Shown here: piece after piece, positions 1-8,531 of the stretch
How the letters are laid out: each line of letters starts with the position of its first letter
Position numbering within the stretch: position 1 is the first letter of the stretch
DNA from: Alphaproteobacteria bacterium
GTDB taxonomy: Bacteria > Pseudomonadota > Alphaproteobacteria > Rickettsiales > SXRF01
Assembly (NCBI GenBank): GCA_033763775.1
Contig: JANRJW010000008.1
Span: 7,256-71,255, forward strand
Direction of reading: 5' to 3'
DNA length: 64,000 nt
The notes under the pieces: model-generated
The model's database searches: none
The model's input: only the letters and a program-made list of their open reading frames with translations
Told to the model about the DNA's origin: nothing
Made by a program: the position numbers and the translations under genes

Positions 1-352
1 TGATGCCTTTGTGATTCTAAGCTCGGTGACGTTGCTCATACATTTCTCCCCATTGATTTGTAGTGTGGTGCGCATGAGCGACACCGAAAAGGGAATGCAC
101 TATAACAACCTTTAGTTTAATATGCAAGTATGAAAAGCAACCTAAAGGGGAATTTATTGTTGCTGTAGATCAAAGCGGTCGTCGATTTTCTGAAAATCGT
201 GTCAGATAACACGCGCAAGAGGACATAGCACGTTCCCCATTCACTGATGATTTGATTGTTCGATGTAGGTGCATTCATATTGAAAAAACCTGCTGTACCG
301 AGCATTCCTAAAAATCATTGCGTAGCAATAGATTGCAGTTTTTATGCACCAT

Positions 353-384
353 TTCTGCTGTACCGAGTTTCTGGTACAGCAGAA
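353..384. repeat. Perfect 12-bp-stem hairpin (TTCTGCTGTACC / GGTACAGCAGAA, 8-nt loop) built from the TGCTGTACC motif
   Basis: Read directly from the sequence. 353-364 is the exact reverse complement of 373-384. It lies about 50 nt beyond the 3-prime end of tRNA-Phe. No U/T run follows on either strand. Confidence 0.6.
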
Positions 385-434
385 AACTCCAATCTGGTTA
401 GTTCAAATTTTTCTAGGTTTTCTGCGGGAGAGAG

Positions 435-510
435 TGGTGCCCGGAGCCGGAATCGAACCAGCGACACAGGGATTTTCAGTCCCTTGCTCTACCAACTGAG
501 CTATCCGGGC
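435..510 (-). tRNA. tRNA-Phe (anticodon GAA), CCA encoded
   Basis: The reverse complement reads GCCCGGATAGCTCAGTTGGTAGAGCAAGGGACTGAAAATCCCTGTGTCGCTGGTTCGATTCCGGCTCCGGGCACCA. It has a 7-bp acceptor stem, a canonical D loop, anticodon loop CTGAAAA and T arm GGTTCGATTCC. Confidence 0.92.
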
Positions 511-639
511 ACATCGAAATGTGCTCTTTTGTGCGTTTGCTGTACCGGTGCTGTACCGACACATTTTTGAAAATTCAACCATACGCACAACGCGTTGAAT
601 TTCCAATCTTAAACCCCACGCCGCCAGAGACAGGAACGT

Positions 640-682
640 GGATTTTCAGTCCCTTGCTCTACCAACTGAGCTATCGAGGCAC
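640..682 (-). pseudogene. Truncated tRNA-Phe copy (5-prime half only: acceptor strand, D arm, anticodon loop)
   Basis: 640-682 matches 470-512 with 2 mismatches. Beyond the anticodon loop the sequence diverges. The anticodon stem is broken and there is no GGTTCGATTCC T arm. Confidence 0.6.
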
Positions 683-741
683 ATGCCATATCGGCAATAA
701 AGAGCCTGCGTTATAGAAGAAGCGTTTTTGCTTGTCCAGCC

Positions 742-2265
742 TTAGAATAAGGTTTCGAGCAGGCCAGCGTCGCTGGGCTTGCTGTAAGTCATTTCCTCCC
801 ACCCGCCGCCCAGCGCGCGAATGAGGCTCACGGCCGCGTTCATGCGTGCACCCTGCCCTGCGATAGCGGCGCGGCTGGCGGCCAGCGCCTGCCGGTCGCT
901 CTCGGCCACTTCAAAATAGCTGACATCGCCCTGCTCATAGCGCCTGCGGGTTAAATCCAGTGTGCGGCGGCTGGCGCTGGCGGCTTTATCCAGCTCCTGC
1001 TGCGCCTCGGCAAGCAGGCGCTGGCTGGAGAGGGCGTTTTCAACATCAGCAAACGCAACCAGCACCTGCGCGCGGTAGGCCTCGAGCGACCCCTCATAGA
1101 CTGCCTGCGCGCTATCGACACGGGCGATGGTGCGGCCGCTATCAAAAATGGTCATGGCAAGTGCGCTGCCGCCCACCTGCCCCAGCGCCCAGTTTCGGCT
1201 GCTCCATTTGAAAAGATCAGCAAGGCTGGCTGATTCATAGCCAAAGTTCGAGGTGAGCGACAGGCTGGGGAAAAATGCCGCGCGGGCGACCCCAATGCGC
1301 CGGTTGGCCGCCTGCATGGTGGAGGCCGCCTGCGCCACATCCGGCCGCCTTGCGAGCAAGGTCGAGGGCAGACCAGCAGGAATATTCGGCGGCGTCATGA
1401 CCACCGATGCCTCGGGAAAGCGGTAGGTTGAAGGCAGCTCGCCAAGCAGCACCGCAAGGGCATTTTCATAACCCGCGCGCGCGCGATCCAGCGAGAGAAG
1501 ATCTGCTTTTGCCTGTGCAAGATCGGCCTCGGTGCGGCTGACATCCTGCTCGGAGACGGTGCCAACATCGAAACGCCGCTGCATGATACGTGCCGCTTCT
1601 TCGCGCACTGCGACTGTATCACGCAGCAGCAGGCGCTCGGCATCGAGTGCGCGTAGCGTAAAATAGGTGCTGGCGACATCGGCCTGCAGCGCCAGCAGTG
1701 TGCTGCGATAGAGCGCGTCCTGCGCGTCGGTTTCAAATTCCAGTGCGCGCTCGCTATCTAAGATGCGGGCGAATAAATCCACCTCATAGGTGAGTGTCGC
1801 GCCGGCGCCGTAAAGATTGTAGGGCTTTAAATCATTCGTGGCGCCGCCAAAGGCTACGTTGCCCGCGCTTGCTGATTTAGCGCGCACCGCATTGCCGCCT
1901 GCCTGCAATGTGGGAAGCAGCGTGGAAGCCACACTGCGCGCCTGCGCCCGCGCCTGATTCACACGCGCGGCAGCAATTTTGAGGTTCGGGTTGTTACTGG
2001 CTGCCTGCTCCTGCAGGCTGCTTAGTACACCATCATCAAAGATGCGCCACCACTGGCCGCGATCTTCACCTTCTCGCGGCGTAATTTCTTTCCACTCCCC
2101 CACCTGCTCGGCGGCGATTTGCTCCTTATATTGCTCCGGCAGCTTGGTTTCCGGCATCACAAAATCAGGCGCCAAGCTGCAGCTGCTGAGCAGTGTTGTT
2201 GTCAGAAGCAGGCTGGCAACTAGCGACCGATAACTAGAGACACTATTCACGACGCTCTCCTTCAT
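742..2265 (-). CDS. RND efflux outer-membrane lipoprotein, NodT/OprM family
   Basis: Lipobox LLSSCS follows a hydrophobic leader. The protein has two long coiled TolC-like repeats. It is the last gene of an MFP-RND-OMP operon. An alternative GTG start at 2250 is preceded by AAGGAG. The gene overlaps the RND stop codon. Confidence 0.85.
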   Translation of the reverse strand: MKESVVNSVSSYRSLVASLLLTTTLLSSCSLAPDFVMPETKLPEQYKEQIAAEQVGEWKEITPREGEDRGQWWRIFDDGVLSSLQEQAASNNPNLKIAAARVNQARAQARSVASTLLPTLQAGGNAVRAKSASAGNVAFGGATNDLKPYNLYGAGATLTYEVDLFARILDSERALEFETDAQDALYRSTLLALQADVASTYFTLRALDAERLLLRDTVAVREEAARIMQRRFDVGTVSEQDVSRTEADLAQAKADLLSLDRARAGYENALAVLLGELPSTYRFPEASVVMTPPNIPAGLPSTLLARRPDVAQAASTMQAANRRIGVARAAFFPSLSLTSNFGYESASLADLFKWSSRNWALGQVGGSALAMTIFDSGRTIARVDSAQAVYEGSLEAYRAQVLVAFADVENALSSQRLLAEAQQELDKAASASRRTLDLTRRRYEQGDVSYFEVAESDRQALAASRAAIAGQGARMNAAVSLIRALGGGWEEMTYSKPSDAGLLETLF

Positions 2266-5200
2266 GATGGTGCGCGTGTTCAAGTGAAGCGGAATGAAGC
2301 GTTCCGCCAAACATCATGCGCAGCCCGACATAGAAAATCGGGGTAAGAAATAGGCCGAAGAAGGTCACACCCAGCATGCCCGAAAACACCGCCACGCCCA
2401 TATCCTGACGCATCTCCGAACCGGCGCCGCTTGAAAAGACCAGCGGCAACACACCCATGATAAAAGCAAAAGAAGTCATGAGAATGGGGCGAAGACGCAG
2501 GCGGCACGACTTGATGGCCGCGTGAAACGGCGAGAGCTTCTGCATAATCTCCAGCTCGCGAGCAAACTCCACAATTAAAATGGCGTTTTTGCAGGCAAGC
2601 CCCACGAGTACGATGAGTCCTATCTGGGTGAAGATGTTGTTATCGCGCCCGACAATCCACACACCAAAAATGGCCGATAGCAAACACATCGGCACAATCA
2701 GAATCACCGCCAGCGGCAACACCAGACTTTCATACTGCGCCGCCAGCACCATGAATACCAGCAGCACGCAAAGCGGGAAAATGAGCAGCGCCGTGTTGCC
2801 AGCTAAGATTTCCTGATAGGTGAGCTCCGTCCATTCAAACGTCATGCCCTTGGGCAAGGTTTCGCGCACGATACGCTCAATCTCGTCCTTCACTTGCCCG
2901 GTAGAATAGCCAGCCGCCGGGCTTACGTTGATATCCGCCGAGCGATAGGCGTTGTAGCGCGTGGCATTATCCGGCCCATAGCTTTCGGTGACTTTGATGA
3001 GCGCGCCGAGCGGCACCATCTCGCCAGAACTACTCCTGACTTTCAGCTGCAGCATATCGCTGGCGCGATCACGAAACTCGCTATCGGCCTGCGCGAACAC
3101 ACGGTAGGTACGGCCGAATTTATTAAAGTCATTGATGTAAGCCGAGCCGAGATAGATCTGCAGCGTGGCGAAAATATCAGTGATATTCACGCCCATCTGC
3201 TTGGCGCGCACGCGGTCAACCTTCACTTCCAGCTGCGGCACGTTAATACCGTAGAGTGAGTAAGCACCGCCCTGCGGGTCAAACACCGGCGACTGCCGCG
3301 CCTTGCCGAGAATTTCGTTTTTCACGGCATCGAGCGCTTCATAGCCAAGATCCGCACGATCCTGAATCTGCAGCTTCGCACCGCCAGTGGTCGATAGCCC
3401 CATCACCGGCGGTGGTGGCAGGGCGAGCACCGGAAAGGCCTCTTTAATCTGCATGAAATACTGCCCCATCAGCGCACCGGAAATGGCGCCAGCAGAAAGA
3501 TCGGGGGTGGTGCGCTCTTCAAAAGGCTTCAGCGATACGAAGGTGATACCGGCGCTTGGGCTATTGGTGAAGCCCTTGATGGAAAGCCCCGGAAACGCCA
3601 CTGCGCTTTGAACGCCCGGCTGCTTCATCATAATGTCCGACATTTTGCGCATCACCTCTTCGGTGCGATCCAGATTCGCGCCGTCGGGGAGCATGGCAAA
3701 GCTCACCAGATATTGCTTATCCTGCTGCGGAATGAAGCCTTTCGGAGTGAGCTGAAACAGCAGACCCGTGACACCGATGAGCACGACATAGCCCATCACA
3801 AAAGCACGCTTACGCTTAAGCGAGCTCTGCACGCCGAGCGAATAGCGCTCAGACTGGCGGCCAAAATAGCGGTTAAACAGATCAAAGCCCTGCGGCGCAC
3901 CTGCGGCGGGCGGCGTGAGCATATGCTTGATGGCAAGCACCGCGCCTATGGCCACCGACAGCCAGATAAGCACCGTAAAGCCGATGCCAACGAACATCAG
4001 CACCGGGCTGAAGCCAAGCAAACTGCCCAGTATTTTCATGATGATGATATCAGCAATGACCAGAAGCACCGCCGCCAGAAACCAGCGCCACGCATGAAAA
4101 ACGCCGCCAAAGATTTTTTCAATCAAAAGCGTGAGCTTGTCCTTGGGTAGCCCCTTGGGCTTTAGCAGCATGGCGGCGAGCGCCGGGCTTAAGGTGAGCG
4201 AATTGAACGCGGAGATAACGGTGGAAATAGCAATGGTGAGCGCGAATTGCTGGTAGAACTGGCCGGTGAGGCCGCTCATAAACGCAATCGGCACGAAGAC
4301 GGCAATCAGCGTGAGTGCAATCGCGATGATCGGGCCAGATACCTCGCGCATCGCCTGATAGGTCGCTTCAAGCGGGCTTAGGCCTTCTTCAATATTACGC
4401 TCGACATTTTCCACCACCACAATCGCATCATCCACCACAATCCCGATGGCGAGCACCAGGCCGAAGAGCGATAGCGCATTAATCGAAAAACCAAACGCAT
4501 ACATGAAGGCGAACGTGCCCACGATCGACACCGGCACCGCAAGCAGCGGAATAATCGAAGCGCGCCAGGTTTGTAAGAAAACAATCACCACCAGCACCAC
4601 CAGCGCCACTGCCTCGAGCAGGGTTTTAATCACCGCCGTGATCGAATCACGCACGAAAACTGTAGGGTCGTAGACGATGCTGTAGTCGAGTCCGGGCGGA
4701 AAATCTTTTTTTAGTTCCGCCATAGTGGCGCGAATATCATCGGAAATCTGAATGGCGTTGGAGCCGGGCGCCTGAAAAATGGGAATCGCCACCGCCGGCT
4801 TGTTATCCAGCAGCGAGCGCAGGCCATATTCCGACGCGCCCAGCTCAATGCGCGCCACATCGCGAAGGTAGGTCACGCCGCCAGTTTGCGGATCGGTCTT
4901 CAGCACAATCTCGCCAAATTCTTCTTCGGTCTGCAAGCGCCCCTGCGCGCTCACGTTCAGCTGAATCTCGGTGCCCTTCGCATAGGGCGGCCCGCCAATC
5001 ACACCAGCGGCCACCTGCACGTTCTGCTCGCGCACCGCCATCACCACATCGGTGGCGGCTAAGCCGCGCGCGGCCATTTTTTCCGGGTTCAGCCACAGGC
5101 GCATCGCGTAATCGCCGGAGCCAAACACCGCCACCTGCCCCACCCCGCGCACACGCGCGAGCGCATCTTTCACGTTCAGCACCGCGTAGTTGCGCTGATA

Positions 5201-5662
5201 GAGCATATCGCGGCTGCCATCCGGCGAGAGCAGATGCACCACCATGGTGAGATCGGGCGAACTTTTTACGGTGGTGACACCAAACTGGCGCACCTCATCA
5301 GGAAGACGTGGCAATGCCTGCGACACACGGTTTTCCACCAGCTGCTGGGCTTTGTCCGGATCGGTGCCAATTTTGAAGGTGACAGTAAGGCGCATCACAC
5401 CATCGCTGGTGCCCTGCGACGACATGTAGAGCATACCCTCGACGCCGTTAATCTGCTCTTCCAGCGGCGCGGCCACCGTTTCTGAAATCACTTTCGGGTT
5501 CGCGCCCGGATATTGCGCGGAAACTTCCACCGTGGGCGGCACAACATCAGGATATTCCGAGATGGGCATCAGCGGAATGGCGATCAGACCGGCGATAAAA
5601 ATCAGCGCCGAGAGCACTCCGGCAAAAATCGGGCGATCGACGAAAAAGCGGGAGAAGTTCAT
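2243..5662 (-). CDS. RND (HAE1/AcrB-type) efflux permease, 1139 aa, with an extra ~85-aa two-helix insertion
   Basis: N-terminus is MNFSRFFVDRPIFAGVLS. The family motif GIVVDDAIVVVEN is present. The start forms an ATGA overlap with the upstream MFP gene. See the finding on the insertion at aa ~505-589. Confidence 0.93.
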   Translation of the reverse strand: MNFSRFFVDRPIFAGVLSALIFIAGLIAIPLMPISEYPDVVPPTVEVSAQYPGANPKVISETVAAPLEEQINGVEGMLYMSSQGTSDGVMRLTVTFKIGTDPDKAQQLVENRVSQALPRLPDEVRQFGVTTVKSSPDLTMVVHLLSPDGSRDMLYQRNYAVLNVKDALARVRGVGQVAVFGSGDYAMRLWLNPEKMAARGLAATDVVMAVREQNVQVAAGVIGGPPYAKGTEIQLNVSAQGRLQTEEEFGEIVLKTDPQTGGVTYLRDVARIELGASEYGLRSLLDNKPAVAIPIFQAPGSNAIQISDDIRATMAELKKDFPPGLDYSIVYDPTVFVRDSITAVIKTLLEAVALVVLVVIVFLQTWRASIIPLLAVPVSIVGTFAFMYAFGFSINALSLFGLVLAIGIVVDDAIVVVENVERNIEEGLSPLEATYQAMREVSGPIIAIALTLIAVFVPIAFMSGLTGQFYQQFALTIAISTVISAFNSLTLSPALAAMLLKPKGLPKDKLTLLIEKIFGGVFHAWRWFLAAVLLVIADIIIMKILGSLLGFSPVLMFVGIGFTVLIWLSVAIGAVLAIKHMLTPPAAGAPQGFDLFNRYFGRQSERYSLGVQSSLKRKRAFVMGYVVLIGVTGLLFQLTPKGFIPQQDKQYLVSFAMLPDGANLDRTEEVMRKMSDIMMKQPGVQSAVAFPGLSIKGFTNSPSAGITFVSLKPFEERTTPDLSAGAISGALMGQYFMQIKEAFPVLALPPPPVMGLSTTGGAKLQIQDRADLGYEALDAVKNEILGKARQSPVFDPQGGAYSLYGINVPQLEVKVDRVRAKQMGVNITDIFATLQIYLGSAYINDFNKFGRTYRVFAQADSEFRDRASDMLQLKVRSSSGEMVPLGALIKVTESYGPDNATRYNAYRSADINVSPAAGYSTGQVKDEIERIVRETLPKGMTFEWTELTYQEILAGNTALLIFPLCVLLVFMVLAAQYESLVLPLAVILIVPMCLLSAIFGVWIVGRDNNIFTQIGLIVLVGLACKNAILIVEFARELEIMQKLSPFHAAIKSCRLRLRPILMTSFAFIMGVLPLVFSSGAGSEMRQDMGVAVFSGMLGVTFFGLFLTPIFYVGLRMMFGGTLHSASLEHAHHHEGERRE

Positions 5663-6822
5663 GGCTGTGATTCGGGATTGGGGATTGGGGATTCGGGATT
5701 TGGGTTTGTTTGAGGTTGCTCAGTTGCTGTCATGCTAACCAGCTCCGGCACCACCGGCGCGCCGGGGAAAAAGACGCGCTGCGTGCCATTGATGACGATT
5801 TTTTCGCCAGCACTCAAACCATCGGTAATGATGCGCAGGCCTTCGGCCACGCCGCCCAGTGTCACCGCGCGCTGCTCGGTGGTGCCGTCTTCCTTCACCA
5901 CAATCACGAACTTGCGGCTCTGATCCGTGCCGATCGCTTTTTCAGCCACTAATATCGCAGGATGAGGCACTGCATCCGCAATGCGCACGCGGGCAAAAAG
6001 ACCCGGCAGTAGCGAGCCATCCTCATTGTCAAAAACAGTGCGCACACGAATGGTGCCGGATGCGATATTCAGCTGGTTATCAAATGATTGCACGCGGCCA
6101 GTGTAAGTTTTATCGCCGGTGGAAAGCGCCAGCTCCACCGGAATGGACGAGATGGTTTCCTGACTTCCCAGCGCTGGCTGCAAATAGCGCACGAAGGTCT
6201 GCTCATCGATTTCCACATCGGCATACATCGGATGGATGGAGACCACGCTGGTGAGCACAGGCGCATTGCCGCCAGCGTCAACCAGATTACCCACGGTGAG
6301 CTCCGGACGGCTTGCGCGGCCTTTGATTGGCGAGCGCACCTCGGTGTATTCCATATCCAGCTGGGCGCGGGTGAGCGCGGCGCGGGCGATTTCCAGCTCG
6401 TTCCTGCGCTGATCGAATTCGCGTTTGGGGATGGCCTTATCGGCTATCAGCGCACTGGCACGAGCGAACTCAGCTTCGGCGAGCGCGGCGGTTGCCTGCG
6501 CCGCTTTCAGGGTTGCAGCATAAGGGCGCGGGTCAATGGTGAAAAGTGGCTGGCCGGCCTCCACCATCTGCCCTTCGGTAAAATGCAATTTCTGAATCAC
6601 GCCAGAAACGCGCGGGCGAATCTCAGCGCTTTCCACCGCGCTTAAGCGGCCGGTAAACTCGCGCCACTGCCGCACCTCTTTGGCCACCACTTCGGCAACT
6701 TCCACCGGCATCGGCCCGCCCATGCCCGCCTGGCCGCCAGCACCGCGGCCTGAAACCATGGAATACACCCCATAACCGCCTGCAGCGACAAGGATAAGAA
6801 ACGCAAGATAACGACGCGGCAT
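5659..6822 (-). CDS. RND efflux periplasmic adaptor (membrane fusion protein)
   Basis: Single N-terminal TM helix, lipoyl/hairpin/beta-barrel MFP layout, translationally coupled to the RND gene. The C-terminal tail TNPNPESPIPNPESQP is encoded by heptamer repeats. Confidence 0.88.
   Translation of the reverse strand: MPRRYLAFLILVAAGGYGVYSMVSGRGAGGQAGMGGPMPVEVAEVVAKEVRQWREFTGRLSAVESAEIRPRVSGVIQKLHFTEGQMVEAGQPLFTIDPRPYAATLKAAQATAALAEAEFARASALIADKAIPKREFDQRRNELEIARAALTRAQLDMEYTEVRSPIKGRASRPELTVGNLVDAGGNAPVLTSVVSIHPMYADVEIDEQTFVRYLQPALGSQETISSIPVELALSTGDKTYTGRVQSFDNQLNIASGTIRVRTVFDNEDGSLLPGLFARVRIADAVPHPAILVAEKAIGTDQSRKFVIVVKEDGTTEQRAVTLGGVAEGLRIITDGLSAGEKIVINGTQRVFFPGAPVVPELVSMTATEQPQTNPNPESPIPNPESQP
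5669..5703. repeat. Tandem heptanucleotide array (GATTCGG GATTGGG GATTGGG GATTCGG GATTTGG)
   Basis: Five in-phase heptamers read directly from the sequence. They are followed at 5714-5730 by GTTGCT-type units. The array lies inside the 3-prime end of the MFP CDS. Confidence 0.85.
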
Positions 6823-6828
6823 AATGAC

Positions 6829-7161
6829 CTATTTTTTGGTTTTGGTTTTTTTGACTTTGTAGGGTTTGTGGTGCGCGAGGATGGATTCGAGCAGACCGGG
6901 AAATTTCTTATCAATGTCCTTTTTGCGAAGCGTGTTGTGCACCTCAATGCCTTTTTTTTCTGACCTCACCAGACCGGATTCCCTGAGTATCCGAAAATGA
7001 AAAGACAGAGTAGAGGGCGAAATTACATCGCAGCTCTGATTGCAACGCATGCCTTCACATTCCATCAGCCGCACCACGATTTCGCGGCGCAGTGGGTCAG
7101 AAAGCGCATGCACTACCGTATCCAGCGAGATTTGTTTTAAAGTGGGGTGATGAAAAGCCAT
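6829..7161 (-). CDS. ArsR/SmtB-family HTH transcriptional regulator
   Basis: LSDPLRREIVVRL...LSFHFRILRESGLV is the typical ArsR winged-helix core. It is the first gene of the efflux operon and is divergent from the lipid cluster. Confidence 0.8.
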   Translation of the reverse strand: MAFHHPTLKQISLDTVVHALSDPLRREIVVRLMECEGMRCNQSCDVISPSTLSFHFRILRESGLVRSEKKGIEVHNTLRKKDIDKKFPGLLESILAHHKPYKVKKTKTKK

Positions 7162-7168
7162 AGCGAGT

Positions 7169-7206
7169 TTATAGTGCCTATAATTTAATAATTCAAGAAT
7201 ATTGAA
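7169..7206. promoter_or_regulatory. Two AT-rich 15-bp palindromes in the divergent promoter region (TTATAGtgcCTATAA at 7169-7183; TTCAAgaataTTGAA at 7192-7206)
   Basis: Both inverted repeats were read directly. They lie between the ArsR-family gene and the oxidoreductase gene. The operator role is inference only. Confidence 0.3.
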
Positions 7207-7283
7207 ATAATCATGGACGCATGGGTTCTGGCTGCGACAATCGCCTTGACGAGTGGTCGCCTGAGCGCCTAATCTTTCGCGCG

Positions 7284-8531
7284 ATGAAAACTGTGGCAGT
7301 GATTGGTTCTGGCATTTCCGGCATGGGCGCGGCCTATTTGCTGTCGAAGCGCTATCGCGTGACGCTGTTTGAAAAAAACGCCGTCACCGGTGGCCATAGC
7401 CGCACTAAAACCGTCAGCTTTGACGGTAAGCAGATTCCCGTTGATACCGGGTTCATTGTTTTTAATTACCCAACCTACCCTGAACTGGTGGGGCTGTTTA
7501 AGCATCTTGGTGTGGCGCATGAGAAAAGCGACATGTCCTTTGCTTTTACCAGCAATAGTGGGGCATTTGAGTGGGGCGCGCGCAGCCTGAATGCTGTGTT
7601 CGGCCAGCGCAGCAATCTACTGAATCCCTCCTTTTATAAAATGATTTGGGATGTGCGGCGTTTTTTCCGGCAGGCGCCCGCCTGCCTCGCACGCGCCGAT
7701 GAACCAACCCTTGGCCAGCTGCTTTCCGAGCTTCGCCTGGGGGATGGCTTCAGGCACCGCTTCATCATCCCCATGGGCGCGGCGATCTGGAGCTGCCCGG
7801 CGGCGGCGATGTTTGATTTTCCCGCCAAGACCTTTGTGCGTTTTTTCATTAATCACGGGCTGATGTCGTTTGGCGGCCAGCACCAATGGTATACGGTAAG
7901 CGGCGGCAGCCAGGAATATGTGAAAAAAATCACTGCGCCGCTGGCCGGCCATATCCGTACCAGCGAGGCGATTAGCTCCGTGCGGCGCGAGGGTGAAAAA
8001 ATTGCGGTGACGAACCAGCGCGGTGAAGTATTTTATTATGACGAAGCGGTGCTCGCCTGCCACGCGGATGAGGCGCTCGCCATGCTCAGCGACGCAACCG
8101 ATGACGAGCGCGCGGTGCTTTCCTGCTTTTCCTATCAGGCCAACCAGGCGTACCTGCACTCCGACCCGCGCTTCATGCCAAAGCGCCGCGCCTGCTGGGC
8201 AAGCTGGAATTATCATGAAGGCGCGCCGGGCAAAGTTTCGCTCACTTACTGGATGAATCTGCTGCAGAATATCGACGAGACCGATGCGCTGTTTGTGACA
8301 CTGAACCCCGAAACACCCCCCGCCCCCGAGCTTACCCACGACAGCCATCTGTTTCATCACCCGGTCTTTACCAGCGAGGCCATCGCCGCGCAGGCGCGCA
8401 TTCCTGAAATCCAAGGCAAGCGCGGCATCTGGTTTGCCGGCGCATATCAGCGCTACGGTTTTCATGAAGATGGTTTGCAAAGCGCCGTAAAAGTTGCCGA
8501 GATGATGGGAGCGAACATCCCGTGGCGCTAG
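7284..8531 (+). CDS. FAD/NAD(P)-binding oxidoreductase (amine-oxidase-like; UfaD-like candidate)
   Basis: The MKTVAVIGSGISGMGAAY dinucleotide-binding motif is followed by FEKNAVTGGH. This protein type characteristically precedes DUF1365 and a CFA-synthase-like gene. Confidence 0.8.
   Translation: MKTVAVIGSGISGMGAAYLLSKRYRVTLFEKNAVTGGHSRTKTVSFDGKQIPVDTGFIVFNYPTYPELVGLFKHLGVAHEKSDMSFAFTSNSGAFEWGARSLNAVFGQRSNLLNPSFYKMIWDVRRFFRQAPACLARADEPTLGQLLSELRLGDGFRHRFIIPMGAAIWSCPAAAMFDFPAKTFVRFFINHGLMSFGGQHQWYTVSGGSQEYVKKITAPLAGHIRTSEAISSVRREGEKIAVTNQRGEVFYYDEAVLACHADEALAMLSDATDDERAVLSCFSYQANQAYLHSDPRFMPKRRACWASWNYHEGAPGKVSLTYWMNLLQNIDETDALFVTLNPETPPAPELTHDSHLFHHPVFTSEAIAAQARIPEIQGKRGIWFAGAYQRYGFHEDGLQSAVKVAEMMGANIPWR

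Noticed and set aside
1-49. Gene start on the minus strand at 49 (GGAGAAATGT-ATG, MSNVTELRITKAS...) running off the left edge.
   Set aside because: Only 16 codons are visible. That is too little to call a product or to be sure it is a real gene, although the Shine-Dalgarno is good.
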